A stretch of 64,000 nucleotides of DNA from the human T2T-CHM13v2.0 reference genome, Homo sapiens. Position numbers and translations under genes: made by a program. Positions 1 to 12,605 of the stretch are shown here, one piece after another (the stretch's first letter is position 1; every line of letters begins with the position of its first letter). The stretch is taken from the NCBI RefSeq assembly GCF_009914755.1, contig NC_060927.1; one strand, 5' to 3'. Below the pieces are notes generated by a model. That model was not told the origin of the DNA. It made no database searches and saw only the letters and a program-made list of their open reading frames with translations.

Positions 1-1572
1 GAAACATCCTTACAAAGTGCTAATGCAATAAGGTCCCTATAAGAGAAATGTAACCCTAGCTCCAAGATAGATGACAGATAGGGTATTATTTTTGACATTT
101 CTGAGACAATATATTGCAGCACTCTTCTGAGTCCCAAGATAGGAAAAATAGAACCCACAAGGCTTCTCTGTAGAAGATGCCCTATCTTTTTTTGGCTGGG
201 ATAAATCTGGAGACAGTTCCCAGCAGCACTATGACTAATGTTCTTGGAAGGAATCATCTATATATTGATCCAAATAACGAATATTTATTTCAAGATTGGC
301 ATCTAACTACTCTTTCTGTTCCTTGGGAAACAAAAAATGAAAAAAAAAAATGATGGTCCTTATTGGAAATAGGAACATATGTTTCCCAAAACATTTAGCA
401 GCCTTTTGTATTATCTAAAGCAGGAGTGAATAAAATGTAATAAACAAAATATGTTCTTTTTCCCATATCATATGCAGCATAAGCACTTATATGTAGCATT
501 TTGAAAGTTAAGTCCACATTATTTATCATAGTATGATATATAAGCTTATTCATAGTAGTAAGAATAATGACTTACCTTTAGACACACCATGCCACCCCAC
601 CATGTCTACTTCACACATTCCTTCCCTGGTTATCATGCTGATATTTTCTTGACAAGATGAAAAGAGAACACATTATTCTTGATTCTGTATGATGGAGCAT
701 GAATTTCCTCTACAATGGAGCCTCTGAGGATTTGGTTAAGAGCAATTGAAGAGCTGTGAACTGCACTTAAGGACCTTTAAAATAAAAGTCTTTAATAAAC
801 GGGAGTCATTTTGCTTCTTCAGCTGCTCTTAAGGATAGCAGCCCACAAGGGGAGAAAATACAAGAATGAGTGAATACTTAATAAATATTTGTTGAATTGA
901 ATTGGGTAAGTAATTGATTATTCTTCAACCGCAAAAGAAATTCTAGAGCTTTTCGAAGGAGATATTATGGCAATTTAGCTTGATCTATCTAGCATTAGAG
1001 TGCCAGGCAGGTGAAAGGTCCTGCCATGGTAAGGCAGCAGGCCTCAGCACGGAACTTGATATAGCACAAGTATTTGAATACTGTTCAGGAGACTGTAGTT
1101 GCTGGAAATTTAGATTGTTTTTTAAAAAGTATATTTTTAAACTAGAACGGAGACAACAGTTCCTGACACATAGTAGATCCTTAAGTCCATTATGAACGTT
1201 ATTTTCTTTTCTTGCCTTTCAGGGTGGGAAATGAGACAAATTCCTCTGAAATTATCAAGCCTTGGGCATCCAGGAAAAAGTCTGTAATTGCCTTCCAGCA
1301 CAATAGTGAAATGGTGCTCTTGGTCAAAAACTCAATTTTGAACAAAAACCTAAATGCCACATAATCTAAAACCCAAGCACTAACAAGCCAATAACACAAT
1401 GACACAAGCAGGCTTTTTCTTATTTTTGTAAAGTATTTCATATTTTTTTCCTAGTAAGAAAAACTTGTAGATACATTTTAACCTTTTCAGGCATGTTTCT
1501 TTTGTTATACTCATTATAATTTATACCTTTATGTGGTATAAAGAAATAAACATTATACTGAAATACACAGGG

Positions 1573-1783
1573 CAGTGCTTCTAAAATATAGCACAATTGA
1601 AATTTTGAGCTGGATATTTCCTTCTTTTGAGAGCTGTAGTCTGCATCTTAGGATGTTTAACACCATCCCTGGCCTATACACACTAGATACAATAGTAGTC
1701 TCTCCCAGTCTTGACAATCGGAAACGTCTCCAGAGGTTACCATGAGCCCAGAGGGACAAAATTGCTCCTGATTGAGCAATCTT
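1573..1783 (-). mobile_element. MER20 (hAT-Charlie DNA transposon)
   Basis: Colinear with the reverse complement of MER20: aggatgtttaacaccatccctggcctatacacactagat ... gtctccaga ... gggacaaaattgctcctgattgag; about 210 bp. Confidence 0.85.
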
Positions 1784-2029
1784 ACCAATGCTAACTAATA
1801 AATTACATGTATATACTTCCAGTTAGTTGTAAGTGTATAATACAGATCTAAAAAGAACAGGTAATTTCTGTAAGGGTATATTTAAGAAAGGTGAGATTCC
1901 TTTGCTTTAATATGCTTTGAAAAAGTAGCCAAATGCTGTCGTTAATATTTCCTGAGTGATTAAACCATGAGGTTTTTCTGTATGCCTTTGTAAAATAATG
2001 CAAGTTCTTTTTACAGTGGACAACAATTA

Positions 2030-2176
2030 TACCTCAGGCACTGGACTGGGGTCATTACATATATTATTTAATTCTGAAATAAACCAGTGTGTATAGAATG
2101 TACATTTCACAGTTAAGGAAATTGGTATGCAGAGGATTTACATTGTTCAATATCACACAGATAGAGCCCAAACCCA
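2030..2176 (-). mobile_element. MIR SINE relic
   Basis: Degenerate MIR core, reverse orientation: catttcacagttaaggaaattggtatgcagaggattta...tcacacag. Confidence 0.55.
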
Positions 2177-3758
2177 ATTAATCTTCTAAAAATGGGTAGC
2201 CTCTCTTTGACAGCACAGTGCAATTGCATGGTTTTGGAAGCTGAGAGAAAATATTCTATCATGTCTATATTCTTTTGGCCTCTGACATGTATTAAAATTG
2301 ATATTATTTTAATGATTTCTCAATATTTTGAATCTCTATACATTGAAAGTTTAAAACAATATAATATTAATGATTTTTTCCAAACATGTTTTATATTCTT
2401 GCGAGTCCTCTGAATAATATCAACTCAGATACAAAAAGAAACATCTCCTCATAAGTTTTTTTTAAATGGCTATACTAAACAATAAAACTATATGTAACTC
2501 TATTTGAGAGAAAATATTAGATGATATTATTCACTTGTCATTTTGTTTCTTTATCATTTAGTAAATTCCCAACTTGCTGGTTTATGAACCTCCTCTGGCC
2601 TGAAAGAGCCAAGGTAAATTGCAATTGGCAATTCTATAAAGAGATTATTTTCTTGCATGAGTAATATCAAAATTTAAAGTATAATTATTGTTTATTAAAT
2701 GTCAACGTGGATTTTTACAAGTACATAAATAGAAACTCTTGTCTTTAAAAAAGGCACTTTTTCTTCAATTCTCTGTAGACTTTGAGAGTTTCTTAGGGTA
2801 TTTTGTATAAACATATAAGGTACTTACTATATTTTATTGTAATAACAAATACTTTTTTTTCAAATTTCAACATACCTGAATTTGTGAAGTATCTTGTGAA
2901 GTCCTTGATGTATCAGAATTTAATTAGGAGTGTTTTCATCTTTTCTTATAAGTCAATAAAATTATAATGTAAGTTACAGTTGATGCTATCTTAGATTCTC
3001 ACAATTAACAATGAAAGTTATTATCTAAATTATTTAACATATAAATTAATATTTCTAGAGTCAATATTTTCAGTGTAATGCTAGAAATATTAACTTATAT
3101 GTTAAATAATTTAGGTAATAACCTTAATTGCTAATTGTAATTTTCATTGGATATGATTTAATTTCGGTGATAGAAGCCTATGGAATACATGTGATTTTAA
3201 AATGTTTTCAGCATAACTTTTATATGCTGTCATATTTTGACAGCTTATGCATTCTTATTTTTATTTTAGTGCTATGTTTATACACAAACCATTTGAAAGA
3301 TACAAGATAAGCCTTTTCAGAAGTGTGTATATGTGACCAAAAAATGCTATGTTTCTATCAAATGAGCCTATTATTTCCAATAGTGGGCTCTTGTTCCCAT
3401 GTAGGTACTCAAAAAGTATTTGACACAAAATTCAGAATGATAATTACAATGTCTATAATTATTTCTGTATTTGCTCAGTATATTTTCTGCCTAGTAATTA
3501 TTTTTATAAATATAGCAATTTATTCTATTGATATATAGTTTGCATGATTCAACATTTCATATTTCATAATATATAGAATTCAAGTTGTTTTTTTTCATAT
3601 TTATATGTTCATAAAAATATCCTGTGGGTGTCAATCAGTATAACCTAGTTTGAACAGGAATATTATTGTAGGATTACATTTCATTATCTCTCTTTTTCTA
3701 AGCGTGAAAATCCCTTGATATTATATCATTTAACTAAGTACTTTAAAAATGAAGAGCA

Positions 3759-4173
<415 letters not shown>

Positions 4174-4649
4174 TCAAACTAATCACAATTTAAAGAATTA
4201 GCTGTAAGTGGAGCCATGTAGGATATATTTCATGCTTTTGATTTCTTGTGATTTGAAAGGAAGATGTTTTTCTCTGACAGATTACAGAGGATTTGTTATC
4301 AATTTTCCATTCCAGGAGTTGAAGTTGCAAGTTTTTTTTTTAAGTGACAAAGAGAAGGATCTTGAACCTTGAATAAATAATTTTTCATACCCAATAATCC
4401 AAAGCTAAAGTGAACCAGGGATTTGAGGCAATTATGTAGGTAACTGAATTTTAAATCAGCAGCTCATTTTGATAGAAAATCTTATTTTTGAACCCATAAA
4501 GAGAATATGTTGAATAATGTATATACATTTAGGTTCTGAAACAAATGATGTAAAACAACTTTGTAGGCATTACTTTGCCTGTCCTCCAGAAGCTTAGTAT
4601 TTTAACAGAAAATGTACTGTTACGCCAAGATACAATAAATTTGAGATAA

Positions 4650-5252
4650 ATTGAGTAAATGATGGCTGATTTTAAACAATTAACTTTTCTTATTTGATAA
4701 TTCTGTGAGTCATGAATCAAGGCATTCTTTAGGGGGGACCTCCAGCTAAGAGGCTACCATGAAGTTGTAACCAGGGGATATAGTGGGGTTACTACCATCT
4801 CAGCTTAACTGAAGAAAGATCTACTTACACGCTCACTCAAATGGCTGTTGGAAAGCATCAGGACCTTGATGGCTGTTGTCCGGAGATATTATCAGTATCA
4901 GTTCCTTTCCATGTAAGAGTCTCCATAAGCAGCTTACACAAGGTAGCTGGTCTCCCTCATTTTTTTTTTTTTTTTTTTTTTTTAGTGTCTGCATGGATGA
5001 ACCTAGCACTGTTTTCCCTCAGGAGCAACAGAGTGAGACAGACACCCAGTGAGGGAGAGCAAGACAAAATCCAGCCTTTCATAACCTAATCTCCGAAATG
5101 AAATCTGTTATTTTGACATATTCTGATCTTTAGAAACAATATCCTAGGTCTAGACCACACTCAAAAAATGAGGGGATTACAAAAATCTTGGAATCCTCAG
5201 AGTCTAGAATCACTGGGGATCATTTCAGAGGATACTTGCCCCCATGCCACCA
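4650..5252 (-). mobile_element. MLT1F-like MaLR LTR
   Basis: Matches reverse MLT1F-type motifs: gctcactcaaatggctgttgg, cagttcctttccatgt, cctttcataacctaatctccgaa, gaatcactggggatcatttcagagg; internal poly-T at about 4960-4983. Confidence 0.65.
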
Positions 5253-6384
5253 GTTTTCAATAGGATGTGCTTGTTCACTTCTAAACCTAGAACGTATTTT
5301 TCTTCTCTCCTTTTTGTGGCTATGTCATTCCCCCCTTAATAATCATATTTTGGTCTTCTCTTCATCACATCTTTTTTTCATATTCTGAAAGTTTTATAAC
5401 CACACTTTCTCATTCATCTTAAATGAGAGTTAGTAGGTACATTCCTTTGTTTGCTGAAATTGGTACTCTTGGCCATATGAGAAGTATAGTGTTATGAAAC
5501 TCTATGGCTGTGTTGTGGTTGGATTTAAAATGAATTAAGGAAATTATTCAGTAAAATTTGCCTATGACATTATATTATTCCCCAAACTCACACAAAATCA
5601 ATATTTGCTGAGATTTAAAAGAAAGGCGATAATTTTGAGCAGGACCCTTTTAGAGGTGACAGATAATAAGGAGCAGTAGAATAATATTAAGCAAATTAAT
5701 GTACATCAATCCGAATCTCTGAATGCAATAAGGGAACATGCCCTCCTATGTGCTGCTGTCCTCAACTTGTAGAATGTAGTGATTATACTTTCTTACCGAG
5801 TTCATAAGTTTTAATTTCCCTTGATGAACTAGGATTTATTGTTCTCATAAAGTTTTCTTAATAAATGCAATGAGATTGGTAACTGAGACAATTAATTAGT
5901 GAAGTACATGTAAAATCCCTAGTGTTCATTTAATTTGATCTTTAGAAAAGAATCAAAATACAGATATGTAAAGAGGTATAATGTATAGCAACTTTTTTAT
6001 TTCAGTATTTTATTTTAAAAAAGGAATGGGTGTAGTTCATTTTGCTTTGTAATTAGCATAGATGAATGATATTCTGTTGGCAAAATATATTAAATAAATA
6101 GAAGTCTTTAGTACAGATGTAGGCCAGGTAGCTAATAATTATCTTTGGAAAATTAATAGCAATATAAAGTTACATCCTCCTAACTATTCCCTCCTTCCTT
6201 ACTATTTTATTTAAATATAACTGAATTCAAAGTTTCATTCTTTATCCATTTTCATTTATTCATATACCATTAGAAAAATCATAACTTATTTTTGAGTCAT
6301 CAACAGTAAGGAACTCACTTTTATAACAAATATATATTGCTTATAATAATCATATGATATAGTAAATTAAATATAACTGTAGGA

Positions 6385-6560
6385 AACGTTTATTAACATT
6401 TACCATATGTCAGAGAAATTTTTAAAGGTTTTACTAATATTAATATTTAGTCTTCAGTACAATGCTTTGACAAACATTTGTTATAATCCCCACTTTTAGA
6501 TGAAAAAAATTGGGACACTAATAAATTACATAATTTACTCAAAGTTGGGATTGTGAACCT
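6385..6560 (-). mobile_element. MIR SINE relic
   Basis: Degenerate core ataatccccacttttagatgaaaaaaattgggacac...taatttactcaaagt. Confidence 0.5.
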
Positions 6561-6952
6561 GTCAGCAAGTTTGGCTCCAAATAGATGACGGTTTGACTGC
6601 AGTCACAGTGTCTAATGTAAACCAGCAGCTCTAATTATAAACACCATCAGAGAAGGGGATCCACTATACATCCAAATAGTTGTCAAATACATAAACAAAG
6701 GAATAAGTGAGTGTATTAATGTTCCATCTGACAGCTGGGGCACAAATCATCCCTGAATTCAGAACCCTGATAGGCAATGATGATCTAATTTGTTCAAATA
6801 CCAGTCATCAGATACAATGTTTTGTTAATTTCTGGAGGTGTTTATTCTAAACTAATTCAAAGCCTGTAGTTTTCAGAAGGCTTCCACATGTAGGGTCAGC
6901 AACCTCATCTTGTAGAACTGCCTCTGAATAGAGAGTAATAAGATGAAACAGT

Positions 6953-6977
6953 TGTGTGTGTGTGTGTGTGTGTGTGT
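6953..6977. repeat. (TG)n microsatellite
   Basis: About 12 TG units seen directly. Confidence 0.95.
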
Positions 6978-8329
6978 ATTTTTTTAACCACACAAAGCTC
7001 AATCCAACTCTGTTGGACAATGTCTCATAAACTCAGTTGTTCAAATGAAATAAAATTTTACCTGTAAAATGATATATTTATTGACAACTTATAATAAATC
7101 ATTCATAGTAAAAAAAAAAGACATCAAATTGTCTAGAAAGAAGCATAGAGATTAGGGGCCTGTCAAATCAACTTTATGGTGTACTAAATGGTGTAATTAG
7201 GACACACAAAATTTAATTTTCAAGATATGAAGCAGCTCTTTACTGGAAGATTCTAATGCTTCTTCCTCAACATTTAAATAAAAGTCTTAGAATTCAATTA
7301 TTTGGTAAACACAGCACTCATCTTTCTCTTTAGCTCAGTAGTGGATTTCTGTATGTCATGTTGACATTAAGATAAAGACATATATTCTAGACCTTATTTT
7401 TAAAAAATTGTTCTCTTAGATGTTCACAAGAGCTCATCTTTCCTTAGCCATTGCAAAGACAGCTTACTGAACACCTGCCATGTGCTAAGTGCCTTGAGCC
7501 ATACCCGGTGAGATACCAAGAAGTGGAGAAGTAGGAAGGAACCCCAAAAAAGTCTTAAAAGTGAATATATATATATGTACATATACACACACATATATAT
7601 GAATTCATATATATATATATATAAAGTTTAAAAATAGTAACCTATAAAAAATCCATAAAAATGAAGATCAATGTGAAATGGGAAAAATTGGAAAGATTTG
7701 TGCGGGAGGTGGGAAGTATGATTTTTATCTTGCTACTTAAAGTACCAGACTGACATGGAGCAAGAGAAAAGGTGTAACTACAAGATTTAACTTACTACAG
7801 GGTTAATGTTAGATAACAGAGAAATAAGATGGGTATATTTACAAGGGCCTTAAAAAGTCCAAATTTGACCAAGGTGATCAAGACAATAGAGAAATATTAC
7901 AGATTCTTTTAAGATTAAAACAGCATTTAAGGAGATTCTTCTGGAAATATAAATGATGCAAGTATAAATGATGGATTATAGGCAGGAGATTTAAGAGATG
8001 CAGAAGCTATCCAGAAAGGGAGATGCTTTGGCTTTTTAAGCCTAAAGTAATGAATGTCTGAAGTTCCAGAAATCACAATGGTATAAATAAAGAAGAAGTG
8101 TGACTACATTTCCAAGTAGGAAGTCTTGATATGACAGAAAAGTATTAAAATATAGGGTATATATGGGATATATGAGACATTTTCTGAAAGATTCATAGGA
8201 CTTTGTAAATTAGTTGTCTGACTTCATTTTTAACTGGATAGCTAGAAAGAATGATATCAAGGATATGATAGATCATTTTCTCTGGTCTTTATGTGTGTCT
8301 TTATGCTGATGATGATAGACTTTAAGGAG

Positions 8330-8403
8330 TCTATCTAAAAAATTTGTATCTAAAAATCTATCTAAAAAATCTTAAAAAATTTAGCAGATCTATCTAAAAA
8401 ATT
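8330..8403. repeat. Degenerate tandem array of TCTATCTAAAAAAT
   Basis: Copies at 8330, 8345, 8357 and 8389, plus a partial copy at 8371. Confidence 0.8.
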
Positions 8404-8585
8404 GTAAAAGCTTTTCATGGATAACTCATAATTTTCAACAATGAGTTTATAATTTATCTAAAATCTGCTCTCTTTATGTGATAGATTTTCCTGATAGTCT
8501 CATTCTAATTCCTGCATATACAACAATTTATCAGTGATTCACATTATGCCCACATTTTATTCAAATACTAGGATCCTCACTCCTC

Positions 8586-8640
8586 ACCCTCTATCCATTG
8601 CTGCTTTCCAGACAAAAAAAGTTAGCAATGGATAGAGGGT
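8586..8640. repeat. Perfect 17-bp inverted repeat with 21-nt spacer
   Basis: accctctatccattgct (8586-8602) is the exact reverse complement of agcaatggatagagggt (8624-8640). Confidence 0.95.
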
Positions 8641-8824
8641 CTCACTTTTCCTACCCTAGGTTTTTACAGTCACTCCTCACTCCAATGTGATCTCTAATTG
8701 CTATGAAGCTTCTTTCTGCATTGCAGATTTGATCATATTGGGCCCTAGCTTACAAAATGTCTCCCTCTATTGTCCACAATGTAATTCCTAACTCCCTAGT
8801 GACATAAAGGATCTTTTAATGTTT

Positions 8825-9500
8825 CATGCATTCAACAAATGTATGAACTGAAAACCTAAAACATGCCAAATGCTACCTAGGAGGGCTCAAGGAGAGCCAA
8901 TGCTGTCGTGCGGACATGGTCTGACCCTGTTTAATTTAAAGTCCATTTGTGGGGAGACTGATGATAATCAAATAATTATGTCAAAATATAAAGTGGCAGT
9001 TGCAAAAGTGTTGCCAAGTGGTTTGTATAACAGGGATTTTACCCAGGCAGGGAAGTCAGAGAAGCCTTCCTAAAGAAGTAGTTTATGAACTAAAATCTGG
9101 AGGATATGTTGGTGAAAGAAGAGAAGAGTGGTTTTCATAAAGCAGGGGTTGTGGGAGAAGGAAGCGCTTTTGCAAAGTTTTGTTGCATATGTAAGTGCGC
9201 TAGGTAAGAGGGTCTTTAAAAAGTTCAATTATTCTGGACCAGAGAGAGTGTGGGGCAGGATGTTGCAAGACAAGGCTCAAGAGAAGGAATAGAAACCGTA
9301 GAGCTTTGTTGAACAGCGTAGACTACTGAGTATGTCTTAAAACATTGGGAAACTAATGAGAAGTTTTATATAGGAGGGTGACATGATCATAATTCATTTA
9401 GCAAAGAAAAAATGGTGGACTGGCAGGAGGTGATTAACTTGGGCAGACCAAACAGACCAAGAAATGCTTGTTAGAACAGTTGTGATGATGGTGGCAATCT
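8825..9500 (-). mobile_element. L2 LINE 3' region
   Basis: Starts with the L2 tail cattcaacaaat..., followed by L2-like gggaagtcagagaagccttcctaaagaag and gagggtgacatgatcataatt; highly diverged, boundaries approximate. Confidence 0.6.
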
Positions 9501-9820
9501 TGAAAATCTAAGAAAAGAGAATTTATTTCTAATGATGGAGATCTAGAAAATGCCTATATTTCACTAGAGTGTGAATGAAGGAAAGACGTGAATAAAGAAT
9601 AGAAATAAGGCTAAAAAATGAGGAGGCAGAGGGAAGATAAATAAGAATCTAGGTCATAGAATCTGTGGCAGAAAGAAATCTATTATTGTTATGGGGACTT
9701 TAGAATCCTCATCCATTAGAACCACCATACTTGCTACCCAGGAATTACAGTTTTCTCAGCAGCATTCTTACATAGATTAAGAAGTGTCGTGATCCCATTA
9801 TTCCAGGATGCATAATATTA

Positions 9821-10072
9821 CAGTTTTTCCAAGTTCAACTTGAGGACTACCTGCATTAGAATCAACAAATATTAAAAAAAAATCTTGAAATAGAAGTAGT
9901 TCCAGATTCTGTATTTTTGTTTAAAAAAAAATGAACTCCTGGGCTAAAGCAATCCTCCTGCCTCAGCCTCCTGAGTGGCTAAGACTACAGGTGCATGCTA
10001 TTGTGCCTGGCTCTGCATTTTTAACCGGTCCAATTAGTGGTCCTGACGAAACCTGAACTTTGAGAAGCAGTT
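9821..10072. mobile_element. MER5-like hAT element interrupted by a 7SL/FLAM fragment
   Basis: cagtttttccaa ... acctgcattagaatca ... tctgcatttttaac ... aactttgagaagcag resembles MER5A/B termini and core. Confidence 0.5.
9933..10011 (-). mobile_element. 3'-truncated 7SL/FLAM_A-type monomer
   Basis: Minus strand reads gccaggcacaatagcatgcacctgtagtcttagccactcaggaggctgaggcaggaggattgctttagcccaggagttc; flanked by tctgtattttt (9908-9918) and tctgcattttt (10012-10022). Confidence 0.8.
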
Positions 10073-10546
10073 TAAAATCTACTGAAATATGGATTTAGTG
10101 GCAAAAGTACTCAAAGTCTTGCATATATACAAGGGTTCATGCCCAAAACATGTCAAGAGGCAACATGATGTATTGAGAAAGCATTACTTTTATAGTAAGA
10201 CTTGGAATTTAAATTGTAGTTGAATTGTTTGACTAAGTGATGTTATATAAGTTATTTAATTTCTGTAGAGTCCAGTTAAAAAACTATGTATTGGCTTTTT
10301 CAAGTCTCCTGCCTCTCATTAGTCAAAATTGCGTTTTCTATCTTTCTGGGTCTTTGTACACCATATCTATGAGCAGTTTTAAGGAATGCCAGAGGCTCTC
10401 TTGAGTCCCATCAGGTAAAACCTGGGTACTATGAAACCTCTGTGTCTCCCATGTAAGCTATGACCTCACCTGTGAGACTCTGAGACAGTTATTTCATAAT
10501 AAAAATATATATTTTGACAATATGTGTAAACCATGAAAACCAGCAA

Positions 10547-10547
<1 letters not shown>

Positions 10548-10580
<33 letters not shown>
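10548..10580. repeat. (CA)n microsatellite
   Basis: About 16 units seen directly. Confidence 0.95.
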
Positions 10581-10581
<1 letters not shown>

Positions 10582-12499
10582 TTTGTAATTGATTCAAAAA
10601 ATGTCAGTAGAGCCACAATATCTAGTTATAAAATTTGAGCTTGAAGTCTGCAACAAAGTAGGCTATAAATTTACATACATGTGTTAAAAAGCTGAGTGAC
10701 AAGTATGTGCCTAAAACTCCAAAGTTTATAGAAAGTTTCTTTTATGCTTGCAATTTTCTATTCAGATTTTTTCCAAAAGGTATGTAAAATAAAAGGGCTA
10801 AGTATCATTTCCTCACCTAAAATAGTGTTTTATTTATTAATTGATAAAATGCAATGGAAAATGAAATATTATCTAGATATAATGAAACAGTTGTCATTTT
10901 AAACAGAGCTATTGCAATATTTGAAATACAGTGAGGAATAAAGTTATTTTATTTTTGTTTACAAAATTAATCAGACAATTTACCCAAGTCATCTTGAATA
11001 CTACTCTTTCCTGGATAAAAATTTAATCTGAGTCTGACAATTATGCACATGGAAAATCTTTATGCTGGGTTAGAGTGTCCCCAGCAGCTGGTTTACTTAG
11101 TATTAGTGATTTTCAATTGTTGAATATTCAGATTGGTAAATGTGCTGGAGAGTTTGAATTGCCAAACTTTTTTCTACCTCCAGCTCGTCTTATGACAATT
11201 TGCCTTCATTTTAAACATGTTATTATTAATCATAATTTAAAATTAGTGTCAAATTTATGAGGTGGCTTCATGAATTGACTGTACAAGGTTTTATTTTGTG
11301 TTAACAAAAATAAAAATAAATTGTAGCTTTCTGGTAGCTTGTGGAATATATTCAGATCTTAAAGAGGCAATGACTACTGTTTTCTAGGATCTCTTCCATC
11401 AGTTTGTTATGAGTTACATCCTGAAGTATAATCAAATGCCTACCTTGTTATAATTTATAAGATGATACTATTTTAAAATTATGACTCATCAGGAGAGTAG
11501 TTAAATTTTAATAATTATTTCCCAAAGCTAGGAGGACATGGAAAAGTTATAAAGAGGTTTATAGGTTTTAAATAATTGATTGATTTATTCTAGAAAAGAT
11601 AAAGCAGAGTCTTGATTTCTGTTTTGAAGTACATGAAGGCTTGTTTTGCATGATGATGGACATGAGAATCCACAGGAAAACTCATTGTGTGAAAACAACA
11701 CTATTCTTAGAAGAAATTGCATCTGGGAAAAGTCATTTAAACATCTCTATATTTTTGTTCACTAATCCATACATTGCAGCTAAAAATAACCATCCTAATT
11801 GTATCACAAGTTTTTAGGAGAATCAAATGACTCCATTTCCTGCTAAGTGGTGACCATAATGGTAGACAAAGACCATCTTGCTTCAATTCCCTGGTAGAAA
11901 TCAGTTACTTCTTTGTTGATGAATAAATTACTCAAATTAGAACATAAATGGAAAAGCAAAGTATATATGGTAAAGCATTATTTTGTGAATTTTATTATAG
12001 AAGGAAATCTTAATTGGCCTAGGGAAAACCTTTGCTACGTTTTAGGACAACCATTATCAGTTACCACTTACAGAAACCTTTAGACACCTAATAACCTGGT
12101 AACAATTATTTGTTTGTTTTGTAATATTGAAGAAGGAAGAATCAAATGTATTGTGCCTATTTTATAAATTGAGGATAAATTTATTGAGTTATTGAACAAA
12201 ATGGACATGAATTTTGCCCTTATGGACTTATTTCTAGTTAGAGGTAGAGAAAAAAAAACACATCCTACATAATTTTATAAACACAGTTGTGATCAATTCT
12301 ATGTGTTAATGGAGGCTTAACAGGGTAACCTCACTACATAGTTTCCAAAGTGAAAGAAAATGTATTAGAAATTTTATACACTTTATTTTTTCAACAAACA
12401 TTGATTTTGTGCATACTTTGTGCCACTCTGTCTAATACTAAGGTAATAAGAGTAAGCAAGAGAAATACACTATCTGAGATATCCCGTGCCTGTGGATTG

Positions 12500-12605
12500 G
12501 CTCCATTTTACAGATGAAGAAGCAGAAGCTTGAAGAAGTTAGGTTGCTTTTCTAAAACCATACAGATAGTTAATTGACACTCCAAACTAGATGTTTAACT
12601 CTACT
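12500..12605 (-). mobile_element. MIR SINE relic
   Basis: ccattttacagatgaagaagcagaagcttgaagaagttaggttgc matches the MIR core. Confidence 0.65.

Noticed and set aside
570-578. Perfect minus-strand donor AAG|GTAAGT
   Set aside because: No convincing minus-strand acceptor or coding frame upstream; isolated donors occur by chance in 64 kb.
7593-7614. 22-bp perfect palindrome atatatatgaattcatatatat
   Set aside because: Explained by self-complementary (AT)n runs around a 6-mer.
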